From positions 1 to 34,617 of the forward strand of contig JBDNFQ010000034.1 of assembly GCA_041689715.1 (NCBI GenBank): a DNA stretch of 34,617 bases, written 5' to 3'. Within the stretch, counting starts at the first letter, position 1. The number at the start of each line of letters is the position of its first letter. Shown here in pieces: positions 1 through 9,825 of the stretch. This DNA is from Bacteroidia bacterium. Lineage in GTDB: Bacteria > Bacteroidota > Bacteroidia > NS11-12g > UBA9320. The translations under genes were made by a program, and so were the position numbers. The notes beneath the pieces were generated by a model. It saw only the letters and a list, made by a program, of their open reading frames with translations. It ran no database searches and had not been told where the DNA came from.

Positions 1-1445
1 ACTATCACAAAAATTAAGACTTTCACATACATAGGGGCTTCGGTAAACCACCATTGCACTCTGTTTTTCAGATTACTAGGAAGCAGATGCACTACATAGC
101 CAATAAGCATAAGTGCAAAAACTCGCCAATATGCAGCCACTCTAGATGCTACTCCTGCCAGATCAAAGTCGGTAAAAATATTAGACAACATTTGACCAAC
201 GGTGGCCATATCTGCAGCTCTAAAATACATCCAACAAAAGGCAACGAAATGAAAAGTAACTAAGACTCCTATATACTTGCCATATTTACCTAAGTCTACA
301 CGTGCATATTTTAGCCATGCTTTGTGTACCATCAATGCAAAGCCGTGAAGTGCTCCCCATATTATAAATTTAAGTGCTGCTCCATGCCATAAACCGCCTA
401 TTAACATCGTAATGAATAGATTGAAATACGTTCGTATTTTGCTCTTTCTATTGCCGCCCAGGGAGATGTAGAGATAGTCTCTGAGCCACGTAGATAATGA
501 TATGTGCCATCTTCTCCAAAACTCCGTAATGTTTTGAGCTTTGTAGGGGCTATTGAAATTGATAGGCAGCTTAAAACCCAGCAGAGCTGCTAAGCCAATT
601 GCTATATCCGAGTAGCCCGAAAAGTCACAGTAGATTTGAATACTATAGCCATAAACAGCCATAAGATTCATAAACCCACTGTACATCTCTGGTGTTTCGA
701 AAACGCGATCTACAAAGTTTATACTTATATAATCACTTATTACTACTTTTTTGAAGAGCCCACCCATTATCAAAAACACAGCAATACCAAAACCACTACT
801 ACTGAGGTAGTATGGCCTTTTTATCTGTGGCAAAAACTCCGAAGCCCTCACTATAGGGCCAGCAACTAATTGAGGAAAAAACGATACGAAAAATGCGAAG
901 TCAAATATATTGCCGCAAGGCTTTATCTTGCCTCTGTATACGTCTATACTATAACTCAAAGTCTGAAAAGTATAGAATGAAATACCCACAGGCAGTATGA
1001 TATCATGTATATCGAAGCTAGTACCAAAAGTGCCATTTGTAAAAGCTGCTAATAGATTGACCGTCTGTAGCTCCGTATCCAACAGATTGTTGATAGTATC
1101 TACAAAGAAATAAGAGTACTTAAAGAAGGCCAAAAGACCAAGATTTGATACTATACTAAGCGTTAGGTATAGCTTCTTTTCCCATTTTTCTTTGGCCAAA
1201 TAGATGCCCATTCCGCAACCATAATCTACCAAAGTACTCAGTAAAAGTAGCACAAAGTAGAAACCACTGCACTTGTAATAAAAGAAAAGACTAAAGACTA
1301 GCAGGTACAGATTTCTGACTCTCACCTTTCTATGTATCAAGCTAAATCCTGCAAACATGCTGGTAAATAAAAATAGGAACAGATACTGATTAAAAAGCAA
1401 AGGAGACTTGTCCGAATAACTAAAAATTTGATCCAAACTAAACAT
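1..1445 (-). CDS. MBOAT-family O-acyltransferase (AlgI/PatA-like); 3' end beyond window
   Basis: Absent from ORF track (no stop in window). Hand translation from ATG 1445: MFSLDQIFSYSDKSPLLFNQYLFL..., with motifs LPVGISFYTFQ, FFPQLVAGPIVR, YCDFSGYSDIAIG, EFWRRWHISLSSWLRDY and GGLWHGA (catalytic His). Confidence 0.93.
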   Translation of the reverse strand, partial: MFSLDQIFSYSDKSPLLFNQYLFLFLFTSMFAGFSLIHRKVRVRNLYLLVFSLFFYYKCSGFYFVLLLLSTLVDYGCGMGIYLAKEKWEKKLYLTLSIVSNLGLLAFFKYSYFFVDTINNLLDTELQTVNLLAAFTNGTFGTSFDIHDIILPVGISFYTFQTLSYSIDVYRGKIKPCGNIFDFAFFVSFFPQLVAGPIVRASEFLPQIKRPYYLSSSGFGIAVFLIMGGLFKKVVISDYISINFVDRVFETPEMYSGFMNLMAVYGYSIQIYCDFSGYSDIAIGLAALLGFKLPINFNSPYKAQNITEFWRRWHISLSTWLRDYLYISLGGNRKSKIRTYFNLFITMLIGGLWHGAALKFIIWGALHGFALMVHKAWLKYARVDLGKYGKYIGVLVTFHFVAFCWMYFRAADMATVGQMLSNIFTDFDLAGVASRVAAYWRVFALMLIGYVVHLLPSNLKNRVQWWFTEAPMYVKVLIFVI

Positions 1446-1446
1446 C

Positions 1447-2598
1447 CTATTGTGATTGATAGTGATGCATTATGGCGTCATAGAGCATATCTCCTTGCTT
1501 TTGATACCCAGCCTCTGTAAAATGGATCAGGTCTCCTCTGGCCCAGCCTTGATTTCGCCATGTCACGATAGAATTTGGCCCGCCCATTACAGCATTCAAA
1601 TCCCAAAGAGCAATGTTTTTTTCACAACACAGTTCATACATTGCGTCTATTAAACTTTTTAAATTTTTATTTGAATATTTACGCAAGTAGTAGTGATCTG
1701 CAGGTGTGGTGAGTAATATAGGCAGGTCAGGATTTGCAGCACGAATCCTATCAATAATAGCAGCATATCTTTCTTTTACGCACGTAGCACAAAAACTAGA
1801 AGTAGGCATATACGTGTCATTGGTGCCAAAACTCAAGATAACTAGATCTGCATTAATATCGCGTATTTGATTCTCGAATCCTAAGCTCTTAAGGTACTGC
1901 ACTGTGCTACTACCGTTTATTCCCATAGCGTGATATAAAATCCCATTTTGACCATTCCCCAATATCAAGCCCTGTAGCTCTGGCATACCCCTTTGTTCGT
2001 ATGCAGGTTTAAATAAAAGGCTATCTTGACACTCATCAAAATAGATAACTGTATGCCGATCCAACTTTTGTGAGCTAAAATTTCCTCTTGCATTAATAGG
2101 TAAAAAACTGCCATAATTGTCTAGCAAGGTCACCTTATTGAAGTGTGCAGTCCCATCAGTCTTAGAAGTGGCGTCTAAAGTAAAACTGGCATTGGGGCTG
2201 GCTGTAACGGTAAATCCCGCTGCTCCTATGTTACAAGAAGCCGCATTCTTCATAATGTTACAAGACTGCCAAGCTCCTGTATACCTAAACCTAATATCCA
2301 AAGCACCGTGCGTGTTGGCTATTTTATATGGGAAAACAAATCCTCTTCCTGCATTACCAAACTTGCCTTGTAAGTTTTTTCGAACTACTCCTGTAAAAAA
2401 ACCCGCTTGTATATGTGAATCTCCTATATGTACTATGGATACGGTACCCTTAGTATTGTTTTGTAGGGCTACTAGTTTTGTATAAAACCCGTGAAGAGCC
2501 TCAGCGTTTGTAAATGAGTTATGCTCTATACCTATCTCTTTGTGATGTACAAATGAGCTCGTTGTTATTAGCAAAAAGAGAACGGTATACTTGCCCAT
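1447..2598 (-). CDS. Exported SGNH/GDSL hydrolase-family protein, probable PatB-like O-acetyltransferase
   Basis: Hydrophobic N-terminus; SGNH blocks GDSH, GING, GTND, DLIH; stop 1 bp before the MBOAT start. Confidence 0.85.
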   Translation of the reverse strand: MGKYTVLFLLITTSSFVHHKEIGIEHNSFTNAEALHGFYTKLVALQNNTKGTVSIVHIGDSHIQAGFFTGVVRKNLQGKFGNAGRGFVFPYKIANTHGALDIRFRYTGAWQSCNIMKNAASCNIGAAGFTVTASPNASFTLDATSKTDGTAHFNKVTLLDNYGSFLPINARGNFSSQKLDRHTVIYFDECQDSLLFKPAYEQRGMPELQGLILGNGQNGILYHAMGINGSSTVQYLKSLGFENQIRDINADLVILSFGTNDTYMPTSSFCATCVKERYAAIIDRIRAANPDLPILLTTPADHYYLRKYSNKNLKSLIDAMYELCCEKNIALWDLNAVMGGPNSIVTWRNQGWARGDLIHFTEAGYQKQGDMLYDAIMHHYQSQ

Positions 2599-2602
2599 AG
2601 GA

Positions 2603-3688
2603 TTAACTATACTTGCCTTTATAAAGTTTGCGAATGTCTGAGGATATTTTCTTCACTGACTGCTCTTGGTCTGCTTTACAAATAAGCAAAGCATCTACTG
2701 AATCAACTATGAAATACCCGTCTAAATCCTTTATTACCACTAGTTTTTGTGTGTCGCTTACTACCAAATTGTCTTTTGCGTTCAAAGCATGTAAGTCCAC
2801 ATTCAACGTAGTATTATCTCCTTCTTTCACAAGTTTTTCTTGTACGCTTTTCCAAGTGCCAAGGTCGCTCCAGCCAAAATCTGAAGGTAAAACAAACACA
2901 TTATCTGCTTTTTCTAATAACCCGTTATCTATGGAGATACTAGCTATTTCTGTATATATACGGTCTATATGCTTCTCTTCTAAGTTTGTATTATATGCCC
3001 CTTTACATTCACCAAAAGTGAGATTCATCTCTGGCAGGTGCTCATCTAGTGCTTTTAGTATACTCGAAACACTCCACACAAACATGCCGCTATTCCATAA
3101 AAAATCGCCGCTCTCTAGAAACTTTTCTGCTAGCTCTAATGGAGGTTTTTCTGTAAAGGTTTTTACACTATTTATACCTTTGCTTACTTCCTTTTCGTCA
3201 TACTGTATGTATCCATAGCCCGTATCAGGTCTATGGGGCTTTATGCCTAGGGTAATTAGTGTATCTGTCTCTTTAGCATACTTATGTGCAATGTGTATTT
3301 GATTAATAAAATTGCTTTTATCCATAATTAAATGGTCACTAGGTGCTACTAGTAAAACTGCAGTATTAGAAATGTCAGCAATTTTATTTGCTGCATATGC
3401 TACACAAGCTGCCGTATTTTTACCTACTGGCTCTCCCAGTATTTGGTTATCTCCCAATTCTGGCAATTGTTCTTTTACCAAATCTTTGTACGAAGCATTG
3501 GTAATTACAAAAATATTTTCCTTTGGAACTAAGGCCAAATACCTATCATAGGCATCTTGTATTAGCGTATTACCCGTACCCAAAATATCTATAAACTGCT
3601 TAGGTCTACTTTCTCTACTAATAGGCCAGAATCTGCTGCCTATTCCTCCTGCCAATATTACGGCATAGGTATCTTTTAATATCTTCAA
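2603..3688 (-). CDS. manC: Mannose-1-phosphate guanylyltransferase
   Basis: ILAGGIGSRFWPISR..PKQF, EPVGKNTA, PSDH, GYGYI, FTEKP, WNSGMF, WSDLGTW; TTG start overlaps kdsD stop (TTGA). Confidence 0.92.
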   Translation of the reverse strand: MKILKDTYAVILAGGIGSRFWPISRESRPKQFIDILGTGNTLIQDAYDRYLALVPKENIFVITNASYKDLVKEQLPELGDNQILGEPVGKNTAACVAYAANKIADISNTAVLLVAPSDHLIMDKSNFINQIHIAHKYAKETDTLITLGIKPHRPDTGYGYIQYDEKEVSKGINSVKTFTEKPPLELAEKFLESGDFLWNSGMFVWSVSSILKALDEHLPEMNLTFGECKGAYNTNLEEKHIDRIYTEIASISIDNGLLEKADNVFVLPSDFGWSDLGTWKSVQEKLVKEGDNTTLNVDLHALNAKDNLVVSDTQKLVVIKDLDGYFIVDSVDALLICKADQEQSVKKISSDIRKLYKGKYS

Positions 3689-4650
3689 ATTAATCCTTCT
3701 CTTATTAAATCCTGTACATGTAAAACTCCTGCTAAATTACTAGCATCTACTAGTATTATGTGATTTATTTTGTGCTCCTTTATAAATTCTACTCCATTTA
3801 TTGCTAATGTATCACTGGGCAGTGTTTTAGGGTTAGCTGTCATAATTTCATTCGCATTCACACTTGCTAAATCTTTACTAAGAGTAAGCATTCTCCGCAA
3901 ATCACCATCTGTTATTATGCCTAAGACCTTGTTCCCTTCTGTTACTATTACAGCACCCATTCTGCCTTTAGTCATAGCCAAAATACAGGTAGTAAGGTCA
4001 GCATCTTGGGATACTTGAGGCACTTCGTTAACTGCTGCAATCTCACCACAAGTTAAATACAATTTTTTACCCAAAGCACCTCCTGGATGGAACTTAGCAA
4101 AATCCTTCGATCTAAAATCCCTGCACCTTATCAGTGCTACTGCCAGAGCATCTCCCATAGCGAGTTGGGCTGTGGTACTGGTAGTTGGAGCCAAATTATT
4201 GGGACAAGCTTCGGCTTCTACTACTGTATCTAGTACAAAGTTGCTCTTCTCAGCTAAAAATGATTTTAGATCCCCAACTATACACACAAGCGGATTAGTG
4301 CCTTTAAGGATTAAAGGCACTAACGCCTTTATCTCAGGGCTACTACCACTCTTTGATATGCAAATCACCACATCCTCTTTCTGAATCATACCTAAGTCGC
4401 CGTGCAGTGCTTCTGCAGCATGCATAAATAAAGCAGGCGTACCTGTACTATTAAAAGTAGCTACTATTTTTTGGGCAATTGCTGCACTTTTACCTATCCC
4501 TGTCACCACCACTCTGCCAGAGCTGTGATACAGTAGTTCAACAACCTCAGCAAAGGTGAGATTTAAGCGTTTACTCAATTCATTTAATGAACTGGCTTCA
4601 AGAGAAATAGTTTCTATCCCTATTTGAAGTATGTCTGTAGATTTTAACAA
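3685..4650 (-). CDS. kdsD: KpsF/GutQ-family arabinose-5-phosphate isomerase (SIS + 2 CBS)
   Basis: GIGKSA, EALHGDLG, EACPNNLAPTTST, FHPGGALG, C-terminal CBS pair (GIITDGDLRR). Confidence 0.93.
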   Translation of the reverse strand: MLKSTDILQIGIETISLEASSLNELSKRLNLTFAEVVELLYHSSGRVVVTGIGKSAAIAQKIVATFNSTGTPALFMHAAEALHGDLGMIQKEDVVICISKSGSSPEIKALVPLILKGTNPLVCIVGDLKSFLAEKSNFVLDTVVEAEACPNNLAPTTSTTAQLAMGDALAVALIRCRDFRSKDFAKFHPGGALGKKLYLTCGEIAAVNEVPQVSQDADLTTCILAMTKGRMGAVIVTEGNKVLGIITDGDLRRMLTLSKDLASVNANEIMTANPKTLPSDTLAINGVEFIKEHKINHIILVDASNLAGVLHVQDLIREGLI

Positions 4651-4748
4651 AATATTTTACCGCAAATTATAAATATATTTCTGCAAGTGGTCAAAGAAGT
4701 ACTATATTAGTCCTGAAATTAATGATAGACATCAGACAGTAAAAGAAA

Positions 4749-6941
4749 ATGACAGCAGAAGTCGTAGATTTAAAGAAAAGTTTAAAGGATTTTTTTGGTT
4801 TTGACTCTTTTAAAGGGTTACAAGAGGATGTAATATCCACAATTATGCAAGGCAACGATTGCTTCGTAATAATGCCTACAGGTGCAGGTAAATCATTATG
4901 TTACCAGTTGCCCGCTTTAATTAGCCCCGGAACGGCCATCATAATTTCACCTCTCATAGCACTGATGAAAAATCAAGTAGATGCCATTAGAGGTTTTGGA
5001 GATAGTGAATCAATAGCTCACTTTCTTAACTCGTCACTGACTAAAACACAATCAGAAAAAGTGAAAGCTGATGTGAGTTCTGGCAAAACTAAAATGCTAT
5101 ACGTAGCACCTGAAACACTTAAAAAAGATGAGACCATAGATTTTTTACGTTCTGTACAAGTAAGTTTTGTTGCGGTAGATGAAGCACATTGTATCTCAGA
5201 GTGGGGTCACGATTTTAGACCGGAATACAGACGTATAAAACAGATCGTAAAAGCAATAGACGATGTGCCTATGGTAGCACTTACGGCTACCGCTACACCT
5301 AAGGTGCAAATGGATATTCAAAAAAGTTTGAATATGCTAGATGCAGAGGTTTTTAAAACTTCATTCAATAGAGATAATCTTTATTACGAAGTTTTACCCA
5401 AAGGAAGTAAAGCTCAGACCATGAAAGACCTAATCTCCTTTGTGAACAAGAGAAGAGGTAAAAGCGGTATAATATATTGCCTAAGTCGCAAAAAGACGGA
5501 GGATGTAGCCGAAATTTTGCAAGCTAATGGCATCAATGCTTTAGCCTATCATGCTGGGCTAGATGCAAAAACTAGGGCAGGTAACCAAGATAAGTTTTTG
5601 ATGGAGGACGCAGATGTAATCTGTGCTACCATTGCCTTCGGTATGGGTATAGATAAGCCCGATGTGCGATTTGTAATTCACTACGATGTGCCGAAATCTC
5701 TAGAAGGTTACTACCAAGAAACGGGCAGAGCTGGTAGAGATGGGCTTGATGGTGATTGTATGCTCTTTTACAACCCTAAAGATACTGAAAAGCTAGAAAA
5801 ATTTCTTAAAGACAAGCCTGTAGCAGAACGAGAAATAGGTACTCAGCTTATTTCTGAAATGGCATTTTTTGCAGAATCATCGCAATGCCGCAGAAAATCT
5901 CTTCTTCACTATTTTGGAGAAACATTTCCTGCTGAAAACTGTGGCAAAATGTGCGACAACTGCAGACACCCTAGAGAGACTATAGACTCTACGAATGAAC
6001 TAGTTATGGCACTAGAAACCATACAACATGCAACCGGCAAGGTAGACCTGCAACATATTGTCAATATTTTAATAGGCAAGCTGTCCCCAGAGGTGAAGGC
6101 ATATAAGCACAATACATACCAGCACTTTGGTGTAGGAAAAGAGCAAGGCCCCAATTATTGGAAAACACTGCTTAGATATGGACAAATCAATAATTTAATC
6201 ATCAAAAATATCGAGTTATACGGCTTACTTTCTATCAGCGAAGAAGGATTAGCTTATTTAGCTAAACCTACTAAAGTAGCCATTTCTTTAGATAGAGAAT
6301 TTGAAGGTGTAAGCGATAGTGATTTCGATAAAATACAACTTGAGGCAGTATTTGATAAAGAGCTTTACGCTGAACTAAAAGAACTGCAAAAGGAAGTAGC
6401 CAAAGACATGGGGCTGCCTCCTTATGTTATTTTCCAGCAAACATCGCTTGAAGATATGGCGTTCAAATACCCTATGAACATGGAAGAGATGGAGAACATC
6501 TCTGGTGTTGGAAAAAATAAAGCAAAGAAATTTGGTAAGCCGTTTATTGAACTGATAGCAGAATACGTAGAAGTAAATAACATAGAGCGTCCAGATGATC
6601 TTGTCCTAAAATCTGTAGTAAATAAAAGTGCTAAGAAGATTCATATCATCCAAAATATAGATAAAAAAGTGCCACTAGAGGATATAGCCAAAGGGCAAGG
6701 CATGGACTACCAAGAACTGCTTGATGAGCTTGAGGCTATTGTATATTCAGGTACTCAAGTAGACCTTATGTACTATATAGACGAAATAATAGATGATGAA
6801 GGAAGAGAAGATATTTACGAATTTTTAAAATCTGAAAATACCGGTAACATAGATATGGCTGTAAATGAGTACGATGGAGAGTTTACTCACGAAGAAATGA
6901 AAGTTTTTCAGATACAATTCATGAGTGATGTTGCAAATTAA
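4749..6941 (+). CDS. recQ: ATP-dependent DNA helicase RecQ
   Basis: MPTGAGKSLCYQ, DEAHC, TATA, QETGRAGRDG, Zn-binding CRR...CGKMCDNC, HRDC region (PPYVIF). Confidence 0.97.
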   Translation: MTAEVVDLKKSLKDFFGFDSFKGLQEDVISTIMQGNDCFVIMPTGAGKSLCYQLPALISPGTAIIISPLIALMKNQVDAIRGFGDSESIAHFLNSSLTKTQSEKVKADVSSGKTKMLYVAPETLKKDETIDFLRSVQVSFVAVDEAHCISEWGHDFRPEYRRIKQIVKAIDDVPMVALTATATPKVQMDIQKSLNMLDAEVFKTSFNRDNLYYEVLPKGSKAQTMKDLISFVNKRRGKSGIIYCLSRKKTEDVAEILQANGINALAYHAGLDAKTRAGNQDKFLMEDADVICATIAFGMGIDKPDVRFVIHYDVPKSLEGYYQETGRAGRDGLDGDCMLFYNPKDTEKLEKFLKDKPVAEREIGTQLISEMAFFAESSQCRRKSLLHYFGETFPAENCGKMCDNCRHPRETIDSTNELVMALETIQHATGKVDLQHIVNILIGKLSPEVKAYKHNTYQHFGVGKEQGPNYWKTLLRYGQINNLIIKNIELYGLLSISEEGLAYLAKPTKVAISLDREFEGVSDSDFDKIQLEAVFDKELYAELKELQKEVAKDMGLPPYVIFQQTSLEDMAFKYPMNMEEMENISGVGKNKAKKFGKPFIELIAEYVEVNNIERPDDLVLKSVVNKSAKKIHIIQNIDKKVPLEDIAKGQGMDYQELLDELEAIVYSGTQVDLMYYIDEIIDDEGREDIYEFLKSENTGNIDMAVNEYDGEFTHEEMKVFQIQFMSDVAN

Positions 6942-6952
6942 AAAAAGGGTAT

Positions 6953-6960
6953 TAAATTTG
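6953..6960 (+). promoter_or_regulatory. Bacteroidota housekeeping -7 box for tRNA-Gln/prs
   Basis: TAAATTTG matches TAnnTTTG, 9 nt before the tRNA. Confidence 0.7.
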
Positions 6961-6969
6961 CAGCCAATT

Positions 6970-7045
6970 TGGCCGATGGTGTAACTGGCAACACGTCTGT
7001 TTTTGGTACAGAAGAGTCCAGGTTCGAAACCTGGTCGGCCAACCA
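6970..7045 (+). tRNA. tRNA-Gln(UUG)
   Basis: Acceptor TGGCCGA/TCGGCCA, anticodon arm TCTGT-TTTTGGT-ACAGA (TTG), T arm CCAGG-TTCGAAA-CCTGG, encoded CCA. Confidence 0.97.
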
Positions 7046-7121
7046 AATTTATTAGAACTAAAAAGTTTTAATCAGTTTATGATAATGCAGCAATACAGCT
7101 GGGTGAAAGTAAAACAACTAT

Positions 7122-8093
7122 ATGCCATCTTTTATAAATAAAGTTAAAATATTTGCCGGTTCCGGCTCCAAACCCTTAGCAGCGAAAATCGCTCTAGCTT
7201 ACGGTCAATCTTTAGGAACAGTTACTGTAAACACTTTCAGTGACGGGGAATTTCAACCTTGTATAGATGAAACTGTGCGAGGATGTGATGTTTTCATCAT
7301 TCAATCTACTATGCCGCCAGCAGATAATCTTATGGAGCTTTTAATGCTCATAGACGCGGCTAAACGTGCTTCAGCTCACAAGGTGGTAGCCGTTATTCCA
7401 TACTTTGGATTAGCTAGACAAGACAGAAAAGATAAGCCGCGTGTACCTATAAGTTCTAAAATGGTAGCGAACATACTCACTGCCGCTGGTGCAGATAGAG
7501 TCATGACTATGGACTTGCACGCTCCGCAAATACAAGGATTTTTTGACATCCCGGTAGATCACTTGGACTCAACTGTAATTTTTATACCCTACATAAAAAG
7601 CATACAAACAGAAGATTTATTGCTCGCCGCTCCAGATGTAGGAGCCACCAAAAGAGTACGTGAGTTTGCAAAGTACCTAGGTGTAGAAATGGTAATCTGC
7701 GATAAAGCACGTAAAAGAGCTAATGAAATAGCTTCTATGACCGTGATAGGTGATGTGACTGGAAAAGATGTAGTACTAATAGACGACATATGCGATACCG
7801 CTAACACGCTTTGTAAGGCCGCTGCTCTTATAAAAAGCCAAGGAGCTAAGTCGGTGCGTGCAGTTTGTACACATCCAGTGCTAAGTGGCAACGCATACGA
7901 AAACCTAGAAAACTCAGTTTTAGAAGAGATTATCCTTTGTGATACCATTCCTATAAAAGCTGGGGACTACAAAAAAATTAAAGTATTGAGTGTAGATCGT
8001 CTATTCTCTAACGCTATTAGATCTGTAAGTGAGTTTGGTTCTATAAGCTCTCTTTTCAATATATCTGATTCATATCAGCAAGAGTTAATCTAA
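7122..8093 (+). CDS. prs: Ribose-phosphate pyrophosphokinase
   Basis: FSDGE, PYFGLARQDRK, MDLHAPQIQGFFD, PRPP-binding LIDDICDTANT. Confidence 0.97.
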   Translation: MPSFINKVKIFAGSGSKPLAAKIALAYGQSLGTVTVNTFSDGEFQPCIDETVRGCDVFIIQSTMPPADNLMELLMLIDAAKRASAHKVVAVIPYFGLARQDRKDKPRVPISSKMVANILTAAGADRVMTMDLHAPQIQGFFDIPVDHLDSTVIFIPYIKSIQTEDLLLAAPDVGATKRVREFAKYLGVEMVICDKARKRANEIASMTVIGDVTGKDVVLIDDICDTANTLCKAAALIKSQGAKSVRAVCTHPVLSGNAYENLENSVLEEIILCDTIPIKAGDYKKIKVLSVDRLFSNAIRSVSEFGSISSLFNISDSYQQELI

Positions 8094-8123
8094 AAGAAAT
8101 TTAATAATTTATCAATTTTAATA

Positions 8124-8741
8124 ATGAAAGTAATTGCATTAAAAGGCGAAGTACGAGATGGCTTAGGAAAAGCATCAAGTAAAAAAGTAAGAAACGAAGG
8201 TAAAGTACCTTGCGTTATATACGGAAAAGGTGAAAACCAACATTTCACTGTGTATCAAGCAGATTTCAAACATTTGGTATATACTCCCAATACATATCTT
8301 GCTAAGATAACAATAGGAAATAGTGCTACTTTAGCAAAGGTTCAAGAAATACAGTATCACCCTGTCTCAGAAGACATAGTGCACGCTGATTTCTTAGAAG
8401 TGAATGCTGAAAACCCTATTTCTATTCACGTACCAGTGAAAGTAATAGGAAACTCACCCGGTGTAAGAGGTGGTGGTAAACTTCAAGTAAAAATTAAAAA
8501 ACTGATGGTTTCTGGTCTTATAACAGATCTCCCAGAATATATAGAAGTAAGTATAGACACTTTACAAATAGGTAAGAGCATAAAAGTAGGCGAAATCACA
8601 GTAGATAAACTTACGCTGCTAGATTCTCCTAATAACTCTATCGTATCATGTATCGTTACTAGAGCTGCTAAAAGTGCTGCAGGTTCAGGTGAAGAAGAAA
8701 CAGAGGAAGAAGAAGCAACGGAAGAAGAAGCTGCAGAATAA
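8124..8741 (+). CDS. rplY: 50S ribosomal protein L25 / Ctc (long form)
   Basis: R..GK..S..VR.EGKVPCVIYG, QYHPV...HADF, GVRGGG, acidic tail; follows prs. Confidence 0.96.
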   Translation: MKVIALKGEVRDGLGKASSKKVRNEGKVPCVIYGKGENQHFTVYQADFKHLVYTPNTYLAKITIGNSATLAKVQEIQYHPVSEDIVHADFLEVNAENPISIHVPVKVIGNSPGVRGGGKLQVKIKKLMVSGLITDLPEYIEVSIDTLQIGKSIKVGEITVDKLTLLDSPNNSIVSCIVTRAAKSAAGSGEEETEEEEATEEEAAE

Positions 8742-8765
8742 GCCGCTGTCTCTCAATCAATATTT

Positions 8766-8800
8766 AAAATCTCTTTCTGCTATGCAGAAGGGGATTTTTT
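8766..8800 (+). terminator. Intrinsic terminator after rplY (possibly bidirectional)
   Basis: AAAATCTCTTTCTGC-TAT-GCAGAAGGGGATTTT-TT hairpin between convergent genes. Confidence 0.85.
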
Positions 8801-8801
8801 G

Positions 8802-9785
8802 TTATACCGCCTTCTTAATCACCTCATCCATATCCTCAAACTCAAATTCTAAAGCTTCTCTTACTTTTGAGTTATCAAAATGATTAACCGATATGCTAGC
8901 ACGCACTGTCTCCTTACTTAGCATACCCCCAAGGCCTAAGAATTCTTTGAAAGCCACTATGCCATAGGCTATTGTATACAAAAGACCTTTTATCTCAATA
9001 CTTGGTTTCTTGGTGCCAAGTGCATCCGCCATAGTATCTGCTATATCCTTAAAACTCTTGTTTTCGCTCACCACAATAAATCTTTCTCCACTGATGTCTG
9101 ACAAGCAAAGTCGCTCCGCAATCCGAGCTACATCTCGCACACCAACCCAACCCGTTATTCCTCGGCTATAAAAGGGGAAACTCCTCTTAGCATTATCAAA
9201 TAGTTTATTGCTTCCTTTTTTAGAGTCTCCATACCCCAATATTATACCCGGGTTCATAGCAACCGTAGCCAAGCCTTCTTCTCTGCCTCTCCATACCTCA
9301 CACTCGCCTAAGTACTTGGTAAATCCATAGTTGCTATGAGCTATCTCATCATCCCACTCTGTATCCTCCGTAATGGGTTCGTTTTTAGCGTTTTTACTTA
9401 TAGCCGCTATACTGCTGCAGAATAGGAGCTTTTTAACTTTCAGAGATAGAGCCACGTTTACTACGTTAGCTGTGTATTCCTGATTAATTTTCAGTAATGA
9501 GGATAAGTCTTTTTTTAGATAAGAAATTTTACCTGCTAAATGAACTATATAATCTGCTCCATAAAAAGCTTGCTCTAAACCAACTACATCAAATAACTCG
9601 CATGTATGCCAGCTTAAATTAGAGTAAATGTCTTTTGAAAATGCATACCGTTTCTTTACTATCTCAAACTCTTCTAGAGATGCATTGGGTCTAATGATAG
9701 CCTTTACGGAATGGCCACTATAGAGCAAGTGATGTATAATATGTACACCTAAAAATCCATTGGCTCCTGTTATGGCAAAATTCAC
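8802..9785 (-). CDS. NAD-dependent epimerase/dehydratase (extended SDR)
   Basis: TGANGFLG Rossmann motif, HLAG, SSIAA, YGFTK (YxxxK). Confidence 0.9.
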   Translation of the reverse strand: MNFAITGANGFLGVHIIHHLLYSGHSVKAIIRPNASLEEFEIVKKRYAFSKDIYSNLSWHTCELFDVVGLEQAFYGADYIVHLAGKISYLKKDLSSLLKINQEYTANVVNVALSLKVKKLLFCSSIAAISKNAKNEPITEDTEWDDEIAHSNYGFTKYLGECEVWRGREEGLATVAMNPGIILGYGDSKKGSNKLFDNAKRSFPFYSRGITGWVGVRDVARIAERLCLSDISGERFIVVSENKSFKDIADTMADALGTKKPSIEIKGLLYTIAYGIVAFKEFLGLGGMLSKETVRASISVNHFDNSKVREALEFEFEDMDEVIKKAV

Positions 9786-9798
9786 GTGATACTTGATT

Positions 9799-9806
9799 TA
9801 TCTTTG
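9799..9806 (+). promoter_or_regulatory. -7 box upstream of arginase-fold gene
   Basis: TATCTTTG; supports the ATG at 9826 rather than TTG 9793. Confidence 0.65.
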
Positions 9807-9825
9807 TTCACTACGAATATATTTA

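Noticed and set aside
54-869. Plus-strand ORFs 54..263 and 636..869
   Set aside because: Antisense to the MBOAT gene; no recognisable motifs.
6825-7046. 73-aa minus-strand ORF
   Set aside because: It is the reverse complement of tRNA-Gln and the recQ end.
8741-8802. No pth after prs-rplY
   Set aside because: Simple synteny variation; no remnant visible.
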